DNA from: an uncultured delta proteobacterium
GTDB lineage: Bacteria > Myxococcota_A > Polyangia > Fen-1088
Length of the DNA: 64,000 nt
Assembly: GCA_963796685.1 (NCBI GenBank)
Contig: CAWCMR010000025.1
Location: 1,696,001-1,760,000, forward strand
Reading direction: 5' to 3'
In this document: piece after piece, positions 10,525 to 19,811 of the stretch
Layout of the letters: every line of letters begins with the position of its first letter
Numbering within the stretch: the stretch's first letter is position 1
Program-made: the position numbers and the translations under genes
Notes under the pieces: generated by a model
Told to the model about the DNA's origin: nothing
Database searches by the model: none
The model's input: the letters and a program-made list of their open reading frames with translations, nothing else

Positions 10525-11880
10525 CTACCCGTCCAGTCGCTTGGGCTTCGCCGGAGTAGGCGTTTCCCCCTCGCCTTCCTCGCTCTCGGCTTCGACCTCG
10601 ATGGGCCGTCCAAGCTTGGCGGCCAGCTCCTCAGCCGTCAGCTTCGCGTCTTCGAGCTCCAGCTTGTAGTGCTGCGCGGGCGAGTAGTCCTCGTGCAGGT
10701 CAACCCGATCCATGACATCCACCAGCTCACGAAGAAACAGCCTCGGTGCGAGTGCCACCTTGCCACCGAAACCGGCGGTGACCTGCGACACCAAGGCCGC
10801 GAGAAATTGGTCATCCACGCGGGCGGCAACTCGGTCAGCATGCTTGGCGGGGTACAGATCGCGTACACGATGGGCAACTGTCAGCAGACGATCCTCGGTG
10901 AAGGGAAGGAGCCGAACTTGGGGCGCACGCAGATTGTCGAAGCGAGGATCCTCACTGAAGCTGACCTGAACCCGCTGGTGAAGCGCCCCAGAGCCCTTCA
11001 GACCTTTGTATCCCTCGAAGAAGTCCCTGGTGCCGGTGATGACCAGATAGAGCCCGGGCAACTGGTCGTTCGCCAACATGTCCATGAACTGCCGGAGGGC
11101 AAGGAGGGACTTTTCCCTGGTCTGAGAATTCATCCTCTGAATCGTCTCGACCTCGTCGAGCACAACGACCAGCCCCTTGTAGCTGGACTGGCGCAACAAC
11201 TGGAGCAGCCCCGCCAGGAATGTTAGCGAAGCCTGCCCGTCCACCTTCCCCTTGGTACCGGCTTCCTTCAGGACCGAACGGTCGGTATGGGGCTGGCCAG
11301 CCACCCACGCCAGCAGCCCTTGCGCTGTGGCAAAATCACCATCGTGCGTGGCGCGATGGTAGGCGCGCAGGACCTGGGCGAAGGCCGGATTCCGTCGCGA
11401 CAGATCCGCCAGCTTGTCCTCCAGCCGTTGCTCAGTCGCATCCGCGAACCCGGGATCTTCCTCCGTCATGCCCTTCAGGCGAATGACCTCGTCCCCAATT
11501 TGATACAGCCATCCGTCCACGACGGCCTGAAAGGCGTTGGGACCATCGGCAGCGGTCGCAAGGTGTTCTATCAGCCGCCGGTAGACGGTCTCAAGATGGT
11601 GCAGTGGAGTGTCGTTGATCGAGATCTGCACCTCGGAAGTGGCGAAGCCTCGCTGCCGCGCCTTCGCACACAGGTAGCGGGCGGCAAAGGTCTTGCCAGT
11701 CCCGTACTCGCCACGAATCCACTTGGAAACACCCTTGCCCGTGGCGACGAAGTCTAAGTCTTGGTTCACGGCATCCAGCAACGGATCCAGCCCTGTCGCG
11801 AAGTGCTCCAGGCCCTGCGCCGGCACTAGCCCGCTCCGTAGTGCGTTGATGATGGTCGGAGATTCAGGAAACACAGCCAT
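10525..11880 (-). CDS. brxD: BREX ATP-binding protein BrxD
   Basis: INALRSGLVP, IRGEYGTGKT (Walker A), ETVYRRL, LVVVLDEVE (Walker B), APRLFLRELV. Confidence 0.9.
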   Translation of the reverse strand: MAVFPESPTIINALRSGLVPAQGLEHFATGLDPLLDAVNQDLDFVATGKGVSKWIRGEYGTGKTFAARYLCAKARQRGFATSEVQISINDTPLHHLETVYRRLIEHLATAADGPNAFQAVVDGWLYQIGDEVIRLKGMTEEDPGFADATEQRLEDKLADLSRRNPAFAQVLRAYHRATHDGDFATAQGLLAWVAGQPHTDRSVLKEAGTKGKVDGQASLTFLAGLLQLLRQSSYKGLVVVLDEVETIQRMNSQTREKSLLALRQFMDMLANDQLPGLYLVITGTRDFFEGYKGLKGSGALHQRVQVSFSEDPRFDNLRAPQVRLLPFTEDRLLTVAHRVRDLYPAKHADRVAARVDDQFLAALVSQVTAGFGGKVALAPRLFLRELVDVMDRVDLHEDYSPAQHYKLELEDAKLTAEELAAKLGRPIEVEAESEEGEGETPTPAKPKRLDG

Positions 11881-14462
11881 CAGCCCGCCTCCTTACCCTG
11901 GTAGCGATACATGGTTTCGCCGCTCGGTAGCCGCTCATCCGTAAACAGAACGTACCCTTCTACGTGCAAGGTTCGGCGCAAGGTCACCATCAGGCCGTTG
12001 AGGCGACCTGGATTCTTTTTCAAACGCTCGGCCAACTCGCTGGCACGGGCAGACCCGTTGTCGCGCAACAACACCAGAACTCCCTTTTCGTCCAGACTTA
12101 GGCGTTCGACAAGTGCCGCAGGCAGCGGTAGCGAGCCCGCCCGATCAGCCGGGTTGAACAACGAGAGTTGTGGCTTTGTCTTGGGCAACAACTTGTCCGA
12201 AGGCAGGGGCGTCCGGATCGGCGGCTCAACCGGACGCGCCTCTGGAGTAGCTTCGGCCAAGGCTCCGCGCCCAAACCACCAGGCCGGCTCGTCCGCCGGC
12301 AAACCATCTCGTTCGATCCAAGCCAGTGGCACCACCATTTCCTCCAACCCACATCCCCCGTGGAACCCCACCTGCTGTCCCCCAAGGTACACACCAGAAC
12401 GCCAAGCAAAGGCCCGTCTCTGAGGTGGCCCACCCAACCCTGCCAGATCGATCTCCATGAACCCTTCTGGCACCGGATCGTGTTTAGCCAGCACGGCATA
12501 GCGGGGCGCCTTGCCTGCTCCTTGTCGCAAAGTCTTGTCGACGAAGGGGCTGTGCCCGTGGTCGGCGGTCAGCAGAACGCGCCGATTGGCTTTGAGCGCC
12601 GCCCGCAAGGCCGGTTTGAACGCAGTGATGCTCTCGGGAGAGAGCGCCACCGTCGCGCCAGTATTCGAAGAGCCAATCTGGTCATCCACGGCGTTAAAGA
12701 CAGCCGCTACCACCTCAATGGATGGGTCTTGCAGCGCTGACAACAACGCCTGCCCGCCGTCGCCAAGATCCGACTTGAGGAACAACCGACGGGTCCGAGC
12801 GCCCAGCGCCGCATTCTGATTGAAGCGCGCTTTGTCGGTCTTGGTCTCCTCTTCATCGCGAAATACGGTCTCGGCAACAAGGGGGTCGTTCGGCAGCTCA
12901 CCCAGGAAAATCGCGCCTCGGGCGTGGCTGGTGATGGTTGGCAGTGCCGAGAGCGCAGGCAGCCCCGCCACACGACCATCGGGATCGGGTTTCACGCCGA
13001 GTGGGAAACCGCCGTCCTGTGAAAGCGCATAGAGAAGCTCCAAGAATACGGGATAGCTGCACCCATCCAGGACCACGACAAACAGCTGGGCGTCGGACTC
13101 ACGCTGCCACAGCGGCGCGACAGTCCGTTTCCAGATTCGATGAACAGGCACCAGCCCCTCGGTGTGAAGGGTCGCCTCGTAGCCCTTGGCCAGCGACTCT
13201 GCGAATTGGCGGTTCTGGCGATCGCGACGATCTCGGCAGGCAGCCAGCAGCTTCTTCGCCTCACTGTGGTAGTGCGCGCTATTGGCTAGCGCCCGGCGGA
13301 GCCGCAGCATCGCCAGATCCGCAAAGGCGCCCTGACGCTGGTATTCCTGCACCTGCTCCAGGATGTCGGTCTTCAGCGATGGCGGTTGATCGAGATAGCG
13401 GGACACCCGCGCCATCGCGTCCAGCATGGCGAGATCTTCGCGATTCATGGCGGCCGCACGGTGTCCGGTTAGCCAGGCAATATCGACTGCGCTGATGGCC
13501 TTGCCGTTTGCCGCCTGCTGCGCCAGAGCGTGGCAGCGATCTTCGAAGGCCAATGGAAGCACGCGACTGGTCTGCAACTGTGACGGCGTCAGGCACTCGC
13601 GGCCAACACGGTCGGCTGCTGCCAACAACTTGCCGGCGGCATCTCCCAAGGCGATCAACGTGTCCTCGGCCAGGCGCGACAACACCCGCCGCAGAATCCT
13701 GCGATCCATTTCCAGTGGCGCCTCGGTGGCTGCCTTCCACAGCGCTCCCCACGCTGGCTTGGGCAGCTCGGGCGCCTCCACCGTCAGCACGGCACCGTGG
13801 ACGACCAGCTCTCGCAGTCTCGACTCTGGCTCTGCCAGCGCCCAGGCCAGCAATCGGCCTTCGTCACCATGAAGCGTGGGCAAAGCCTCCCGGACCAGCT
13901 TGTTTACATTTTCTGACCATCGTGGCGGCTCTTGCACCCACGCCGCCAACAGCCGCGCCGGGGTCTGCGTTCGGACCTGCTCGCCCACACTGACATCCAC
14001 CAGCATTTCAGTCAGCAGGCGACGGTCGATCACGGTGGGAAGCGTCCGGTGGCTCATGGCCAGGCCCAACTTGTCCACGTTCTCGAGAGCAAGCTGTTGC
14101 ATGTAGGGCGCGTCGGCCCCCACCACCCGAACGCCAAGAACGACTTCCAGCACGTCGTTCACCGACAAAGCGTGGACCCGCTGGTTGCGCGCACGGCGCA
14201 GAATATCGGGCGACCTCTGGATGCGCTGGGCGATCTCCTCGGGCATGACAGCGATCAGTGGCGCGCCCTTCGCCTTCCATAGCAAGTGCCGAAGTCCCAG
14301 CTCGGTCGCAACCCTGTGCACGCGGTAGGCGCCTTTCGGCGTGGGCATCTGGTCCGGGAGGTCCTCAAGTCCCTCGCCGTCGATAACCAGCAGATAGCCA
14401 GTCTCCGTTGCACCACCGGCCTGGTCCAGCAAGCGGCGCAGAAGTAGCTGGGCTGCGCTCAC
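11880..14462 (-). CDS. pglZ: BREX type 2 PglZ (alkaline-phosphatase fold) with C-terminal wHTH-like tail
   Basis: VVVLDGCS, LPTITSHAR, NAVDD, LLTADHGH, FHGGCGLEEMVVPL. C-terminal ARASELAERLKKNPGRLNGLM. Confidence 0.9.
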   Translation of the reverse strand: MSAAQLLLRRLLDQAGGATETGYLLVIDGEGLEDLPDQMPTPKGAYRVHRVATELGLRHLLWKAKGAPLIAVMPEEIAQRIQRSPDILRRARNQRVHALSVNDVLEVVLGVRVVGADAPYMQQLALENVDKLGLAMSHRTLPTVIDRRLLTEMLVDVSVGEQVRTQTPARLLAAWVQEPPRWSENVNKLVREALPTLHGDEGRLLAWALAEPESRLRELVVHGAVLTVEAPELPKPAWGALWKAATEAPLEMDRRILRRVLSRLAEDTLIALGDAAGKLLAAADRVGRECLTPSQLQTSRVLPLAFEDRCHALAQQAANGKAISAVDIAWLTGHRAAAMNREDLAMLDAMARVSRYLDQPPSLKTDILEQVQEYQRQGAFADLAMLRLRRALANSAHYHSEAKKLLAACRDRRDRQNRQFAESLAKGYEATLHTEGLVPVHRIWKRTVAPLWQRESDAQLFVVVLDGCSYPVFLELLYALSQDGGFPLGVKPDPDGRVAGLPALSALPTITSHARGAIFLGELPNDPLVAETVFRDEEETKTDKARFNQNAALGARTRRLFLKSDLGDGGQALLSALQDPSIEVVAAVFNAVDDQIGSSNTGATVALSPESITAFKPALRAALKANRRVLLTADHGHSPFVDKTLRQGAGKAPRYAVLAKHDPVPEGFMEIDLAGLGGPPQRRAFAWRSGVYLGGQQVGFHGGCGLEEMVVPLAWIERDGLPADEPAWWFGRGALAEATPEARPVEPPIRTPLPSDKLLPKTKPQLSLFNPADRAGSLPLPAALVERLSLDEKGVLVLLRDNGSARASELAERLKKNPGRLNGLMVTLRRTLHVEGYVLFTDERLPSGETMYRYQGKEAG

Positions 14463-17400
14463 TCGCTGTCCTCCTCCTGGATCAGCTTGAGGCTGATGCT
14501 TCCGCTACCCGCTTTCGACAGGGCTTTTCCAACCTCCTTCATGAAAGCAGAGACGGCGGTGGTATCGCCTGGATTCAGGCGGGCTTTGTACAGAACGACA
14601 CGCGCTGGCAGCGGCGGTGGCAAAGGCACTGGAATTGGCGTTGGCGTCGGCTGCTCGATCAGCTTCCTGGTCAGATCCTGCGCCTTGGTGTTCCAGGATT
14701 GGACCCAAACCGTCGTCAGCGGTTGATCTGTCTGCGCGCCAGCCATGCGGCTGGCAAGCGTTCCCAGGTGCTCGCGCACTTCTGCTCCAAAGGCGCCGTG
14801 CTGGGTCCCTGCGTTCAAGTTTGCGCGCGCGTGCTCATTGAGCTCGCCCACGGCGGCGAGGATCAAGTCCGCCTCGTGGACAATGGAGCGCAAAGGGTCA
14901 GCTGTGTTGTCGGGCCAAACCGAGAGCAGCTCGGTAAGCACCTTGTGGCTGTCCGAGGTGGGCTGGCCAAGCGCGGCCAGCCGCGCGTTTGCCTCTGATA
15001 GCTCTTTCAGGCGCTCTCCGGTATCCACGCCAAGCTTGACCAGCCGCTCGTGCAACCGCTGCAGCACCGTGCGCTTCGCCTGCCCTGACTCTTTCAGCTT
15101 GGCCGCAAAGCGGTCCTGGCCCTGCAGCGAACGATGGGCCATCGGGCGCTCCAGGTTGAAGAGTTGGTTTCCCAGGTCGCGCAACCGATGCCATTCCGCC
15201 GCACCCACCAATTTGCCCCGCTGCAAACGCAAGCGCGCAGTCGGGGCCATTCCGATGCGTACCTCAACGGCCTCTCCATCGATTTCCTGCAAGGCTCGGT
15301 GGTCACGCTGGCACAGGAAGCACAGGAACAGATCGGTCACCAACGGTTGGAAACCGAAGTCCTCGCGTAGGTGGTCCGCAATGGGCACCCAAGCCACCGA
15401 ATCCTGATCCGTCCGCTGAAGGACGTCCTTGATGTAGCGCGAATCCAGACGCAACATCGCCTTGGTCTGCCCTAGATTGACCAGTTCCAGCGGTTGGCCA
15501 AGTGTCCGCAGCACCTTGCCCGTGGCTTCGTCATACGCGACCGACACATTGGTCTCGCCCGCGTCGACCATCCACTTGAGCAAGGCTTCCAGATCCTGCT
15601 TCTTGGGCTCGGCCAGGAAGGTCGGGTGCTGCGGATAACGCCGGTCCATCAGCAGCGTCGCGATGTGCTCCAGGTTCTCGCTCAAGGTCTCGCGTGGGCG
15701 GCTGCTGTCCACGTCTGAGATCAGCGCGACGAACTCGCCGTGGTGAACGTAGACCTCTTTCAGCAATTCCTCTAGCTGTCCGACCAGCGTCCTTTCGCGA
15801 ATTCCGGCCTGTTCCAGAATCTTGCCGCGATCTTGTGGCCCCAGGGTTTCGAGCAGATCCTCTTGCCCGGGCGTGGACAGCAAATACCTCACCGCTGCGA
15901 GCTCGGTCAGAACGCCAAGCTCGGCCGGGGTCATGTGACGGGGCAGCCAGCACACCGTGTGCAGCAGGCCCTTGTTCTTTCGCACGTTGGCGGCCCGCAG
16001 ACGATCTTCGTCGACCGTATGGCCTGGTTCGTCCCAGGGGTAGTCGATCAAGACCCTGAACGCGCCATCCGGTGGCACGAAATCGTCGTAGGACAGCTCG
16101 CGAATGTTGCCCAGCTTGATGCGGCCACGGCGCTTGGTGCCCCGCCAGGTCAGATCCCAGTCACCCTCGTTCACACCGCCCTCCTCGAAACCGCGACTGT
16201 TCTCAAGCTCCAGAGCCTGCTTCAGCGCCTTCCAGAAAATCTCGAACTGCTTGGCTACGCTGCCCTCGACCTTGGAACGCGCGCGCACGAGAACTGCACC
16301 TAGGCTTACTCGTCCAAGAACGTAGCGAACGATCGCGGTCTTGCCCTGCCCAGCCACCTGCAGGTCGGGAACAAGCTGGGAAAGTGCCAGTAGATCCGTC
16401 TCGGCCACGCGCACGCGACTACGGAAGGTCTCACCCTCTACGTCCACTGAGTTGAGCTGGACCAAGCGCTCGATGGTCAGTCCGCCCTGCTTCAAGCGCG
16501 GCGACACCTCGGCCAACAGCACCGTCTTCACGAGCTGATCCAGCGCACGCTGGCGTTCGGCATTGAACTCGGTCGCGCGCTCCTCGGCGATCTTCTGCAT
16601 GGCCGGCGCAAGGCGCGAATAGTACTGGTGGTGAACGTCCTGCATCACCTCCACCTTCTTGCTCGCCTCGACCCCGGATTCGGGGAAGATGGCGGCAAAG
16701 GCCGAGCCCACGGGCAGAAACTCGCCCAGCGGCAGATTCGGATAGTGCAGAACCAGCAATTCGTAGAGTAGGCGAAGCGCCGAGCGCTCGCGCTGCATGA
16801 GCGAGGTGACATCCACGAGCATTTCGATCAGGGCCGGGTGGAATGGATACACGTCACGCAGGTACTCGATGTCCCCGCCGGCCAGGAGCGCTGGGAGCAC
16901 CTTCTCGTGCCGCTTGGAAAGCGAGGCCACCGCCTCTGCCACTGCGGCCGCATCTTTGGGCCGTAGCACGCGCCCCTTCACGATGTGGCGCAACTCCACG
17001 TCCTGCAGCTTGGTCACCTCGAAGCGTTTCGAGTGATGGTCGAGGTGCTCGTGGATCTTGCTCTCGTCCACCAGATCCGGAAAAAACTCCTGCAAGTTCC
17101 GCTGGCGCGCGACGAAGGCGAAGATGGGCACCGTGCGCTGCCCGGTGTTGTGGTCGACGATGACGTTCAGGTTGTTGATCTCCTGCACGAACTCCTGCCC
17201 CGACTTTTCAGCCAGCCACAGCAAGAACTCGTCGATCATCAGCACGATGCCGCCAAAGCCCTGGGCCTTGGCGTGGGCTGCCATCCGCTTCAAACCCTCG
17301 CTCCAGTGTGGGTCGATACCCGCGTCCGCGGCGTCGCGCCCCTTGTACTTCAGCCATTCCCGGGCCAGCCGCTCGCGCTTCTGCGCCGAGCCGGTCGCCA

Positions 17401-17998
17401 GGGCCTCGAAGTCTTCCCGACTGCCCACCACGCCCGCGGCGGTCAGCCGCTTCCAGACGATGTCGCCGTACTCCTTCGACTCCCGCCGAACCTCATCGAA
17501 GATGGCCTCCACATTCAGGAACTCGAACTGCGCCTTGCCCCGGCGTTTCAGGGCGGCGTTGAACGCCTCGTAGATAGCCCGATCAAGGCCCGTGTTCTTC
17601 CCGCGCACGGACAGCATGTGGATGCGCACCACCAACAGCCCGGCCTTGCCCAGCCACGTTTCATGGTCGGCAGATTTGAAAAGCGGCCGAAACTTCTTCC
17701 ACGCCGGATCCGCTCCCTCTAGCAGCATGGAAAGCATGGTCAGGAAGTGCGACTTACCGCTGCCGAAGCTGCCGTGGATGAAACGCCCGTACTCCTCGCC
17801 TCGGTCGAAAACCTGTCTCATGTCTTCGAGGATGCGTGGCAGCTCGCTTTCAATGGCAGGCGTGATGACGTAGTCATCCACCAGTTGCCTGACCTCGTCC
17901 GAGCCAGGCTCGGCCTCGCGCAGCTTGACCACGAAGCCCATGGCCCGGATGTCCTGCGGCTTCGGCAGATCAAAGACGTCGGTGATGGTGGTGGTCAT
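14459..17998 (-). CDS. pglY: BREX type 2 ATPase PglY
   Basis: FIHGSFGSGKSHF (Walker A), VLMIDEF (Walker B), YPFHPALI, ERSALRLL, LIDYPWDEPGH. 1179 aa. Confidence 0.9.
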   Translation of the reverse strand: MTTTITDVFDLPKPQDIRAMGFVVKLREAEPGSDEVRQLVDDYVITPAIESELPRILEDMRQVFDRGEEYGRFIHGSFGSGKSHFLTMLSMLLEGADPAWKKFRPLFKSADHETWLGKAGLLVVRIHMLSVRGKNTGLDRAIYEAFNAALKRRGKAQFEFLNVEAIFDEVRRESKEYGDIVWKRLTAAGVVGSREDFEALATGSAQKRERLAREWLKYKGRDAADAGIDPHWSEGLKRMAAHAKAQGFGGIVLMIDEFLLWLAEKSGQEFVQEINNLNVIVDHNTGQRTVPIFAFVARQRNLQEFFPDLVDESKIHEHLDHHSKRFEVTKLQDVELRHIVKGRVLRPKDAAAVAEAVASLSKRHEKVLPALLAGGDIEYLRDVYPFHPALIEMLVDVTSLMQRERSALRLLYELLVLHYPNLPLGEFLPVGSAFAAIFPESGVEASKKVEVMQDVHHQYYSRLAPAMQKIAEERATEFNAERQRALDQLVKTVLLAEVSPRLKQGGLTIERLVQLNSVDVEGETFRSRVRVAETDLLALSQLVPDLQVAGQGKTAIVRYVLGRVSLGAVLVRARSKVEGSVAKQFEIFWKALKQALELENSRGFEEGGVNEGDWDLTWRGTKRRGRIKLGNIRELSYDDFVPPDGAFRVLIDYPWDEPGHTVDEDRLRAANVRKNKGLLHTVCWLPRHMTPAELGVLTELAAVRYLLSTPGQEDLLETLGPQDRGKILEQAGIRERTLVGQLEELLKEVYVHHGEFVALISDVDSSRPRETLSENLEHIATLLMDRRYPQHPTFLAEPKKQDLEALLKWMVDAGETNVSVAYDEATGKVLRTLGQPLELVNLGQTKAMLRLDSRYIKDVLQRTDQDSVAWVPIADHLREDFGFQPLVTDLFLCFLCQRDHRALQEIDGEAVEVRIGMAPTARLRLQRGKLVGAAEWHRLRDLGNQLFNLERPMAHRSLQGQDRFAAKLKESGQAKRTVLQRLHERLVKLGVDTGERLKELSEANARLAALGQPTSDSHKVLTELLSVWPDNTADPLRSIVHEADLILAAVGELNEHARANLNAGTQHGAFGAEVREHLGTLASRMAGAQTDQPLTTVWVQSWNTKAQDLTRKLIEQPTPTPIPVPLPPPLPARVVLYKARLNPGDTTAVSAFMKEVGKALSKAGSGSISLKLIQEEDSE

Positions 17999-18681
17999 TG
18001 CGCCTCTCCCAGGGCTTCCAGTTTCGCGATCCAGGCATCAAAGCGGGGACATTTCGCGCGTAGTGCCGCCAGGCCCAAAGCCTCGATCACCGAAGGCCCC
18101 ATGGTGACCTTGCGATAGCCCGGGACATGTTCCAACAGCCGCTTGGATGGTGCGGTTTCGTTGCCATCATTGACGTCCTCTGGGGAAAAATCCCCAAGCG
18201 AACGTTGGAGCGCCTCGACTCCCTCCCGGTCCACTTGTCCCGGCAGAAGGGCCGGCAGCTTGTCCAGGCCGGCCAGCACCAACGCCTCGAACTCGTGGCG
18301 TTGCAGGTAGGGAAGAAATCGATAATCGTCGATCTCTTTGGCCATGGCGAGCTCCAGCAGCCCCGCACGAACTGTTGTGTCCTGCTGCACCTCGCAACTG
18401 GACAGCTCCGGAAAATCTTCGGGCAACCCATACAGGTCGAACAGGGTTGTGATTCGAACGTCGCTGCCTGGGTTGGACTTGGACAAATTTGCAATGTCTT
18501 TGCGCCAATGCTTCCAGTGTCCGCCGCCACGGCCTAGCTTCTGGCCGGTCTTCCTATCGCGCTTCGTGGTCACTTCGATTGGCGTTGTCCATACATTCCT
18601 AGCGTCCAGGTGCGGTGCCAGCGTCGCCTTGGCGAAGGCTATCTCGGTGTCGCCCTCGACTACGACGAACAGCCGCCTCAC
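17995..18681 (-). CDS. DUF4276 family protein (TOPRIM-like)
   Basis: VVVEGDTE, TTLFDLYGLP, HEFEALVL, PEDVNDG.ETAPSKR, CPRFDAW. GTG start overlaps the ATPase stop (GTGA). Confidence 0.85.
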   Translation of the reverse strand: MRRLFVVVEGDTEIAFAKATLAPHLDARNVWTTPIEVTTKRDRKTGQKLGRGGGHWKHWRKDIANLSKSNPGSDVRITTLFDLYGLPEDFPELSSCEVQQDTTVRAGLLELAMAKEIDDYRFLPYLQRHEFEALVLAGLDKLPALLPGQVDREGVEALQRSLGDFSPEDVNDGNETAPSKRLLEHVPGYRKVTMGPSVIEALGLAALRAKCPRFDAWIAKLEALGEAQ

Positions 18682-19811
18682 GGCCGCCCCCCAAGGACGT
18701 TCTTCTCGTAGAGCTGGGAGAGGCTGTAGTCCTCGAGCCACGCGGTCAGCGCAGCAGGATCTAGCCGCTTGAAGGAAGTCTCGCCCCGGCTGCGTTCGGT
18801 GACGACCACCTCGTCAGGCTCGAACTCGTCCAGCAGGGCTGGTGACTGCGTCGTGATCAGTACCTGGCAGCGAGTCGACACCGAGTGTACGAGCGACGCG
18901 AAGATGCCGATCGCCGCTGGATGCAGTCCCAACTCGGGCTCGTCGATGACGACGAGCCCGGGCAGGCTAGTCGAGGGTTGCGCCAGGGCAGCGATCAGCG
19001 CGATGGCACGCAGGGTCCCGTCCGAGAGGTCGTGGGTATCGAAACGATGGTCTCTTTCATCGGTCCAGTACAAGCGCACTGCAGATGTCTCGGGATGGTC
19101 GGGATCTACTAAATCGGGATCCAGGGTCTTGATGAACGGTGCAATTCGCTGAATGAGAGCGCTGATGAGGTTCCACGACTGGGTCGTTCCCTCCGCATCA
19201 CTGCCCTTGAGGCGATAGAGAAACGCCGCCAGGTTGGCACCGTCTGAATGAAGAGCGCGGTTGTCGACCTGGCGCCAGTTCTGTCGCAGCGGCGCGGTCG
19301 GCGATGTGTCGGGAAAGTGGAAGAAGCCGATGCCACTGACCAGACGGCCAAGAATTCGCAGTTGATTCTCGCCGCCCGGACGGTCGGCATCGGCAAGAAT
19401 AGATTCCCTCAGCCCGGCGCTGCCTAGAAATGTGTCCAGATGTTGGTCGGACAGACGCTCGGCCGCCACGTACTCATCCCGAAAGGAGAGGACGTCGCCT
19501 GCCGCGTACCCAAGCCGGCCCGTGTAGCTGAAGCGATTCTCGCTCGATATGAATTCCAACCCGATGCTCAGCTCCTGGGTAATTTGAGCCCCGTAGTGCA
19601 GAAGCGCTGAAGCTCCGCCCTGATCACCAACGAATCGCGCCAAGGACCCGGCGCGCATCAACGGTACCAACCGGAGGGCGGAGAGTAGGTTGGACTTCCC
19701 TGATCCGTTGGGCCCGATGAGCACCGTCACTGGCCCAAGATCCAGGGTGACATCGCGCAATGAGCGAAAGCCCGCCACGTGAATTTTGTTGAGCTTGGCT
19801 TCAGTCATCAT
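18678..19811 (-). CDS. ABC-type AAA_21/AAA_15 ATPase
   Basis: GFRSL, GPNGSGKSN, LSDGT signature, VVIDEPELGLHP, ITTQS. Confidence 0.9.
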   Translation of the reverse strand: MMTEAKLNKIHVAGFRSLRDVTLDLGPVTVLIGPNGSGKSNLLSALRLVPLMRAGSLARFVGDQGGASALLHYGAQITQELSIGLEFISSENRFSYTGRLGYAAGDVLSFRDEYVAAERLSDQHLDTFLGSAGLRESILADADRPGGENQLRILGRLVSGIGFFHFPDTSPTAPLRQNWRQVDNRALHSDGANLAAFLYRLKGSDAEGTTQSWNLISALIQRIAPFIKTLDPDLVDPDHPETSAVRLYWTDERDHRFDTHDLSDGTLRAIALIAALAQPSTSLPGLVVIDEPELGLHPAAIGIFASLVHSVSTRCQVLITTQSPALLDEFEPDEVVVTERSRGETSFKRLDPAALTAWLEDYSLSQLYEKNVLGGRP

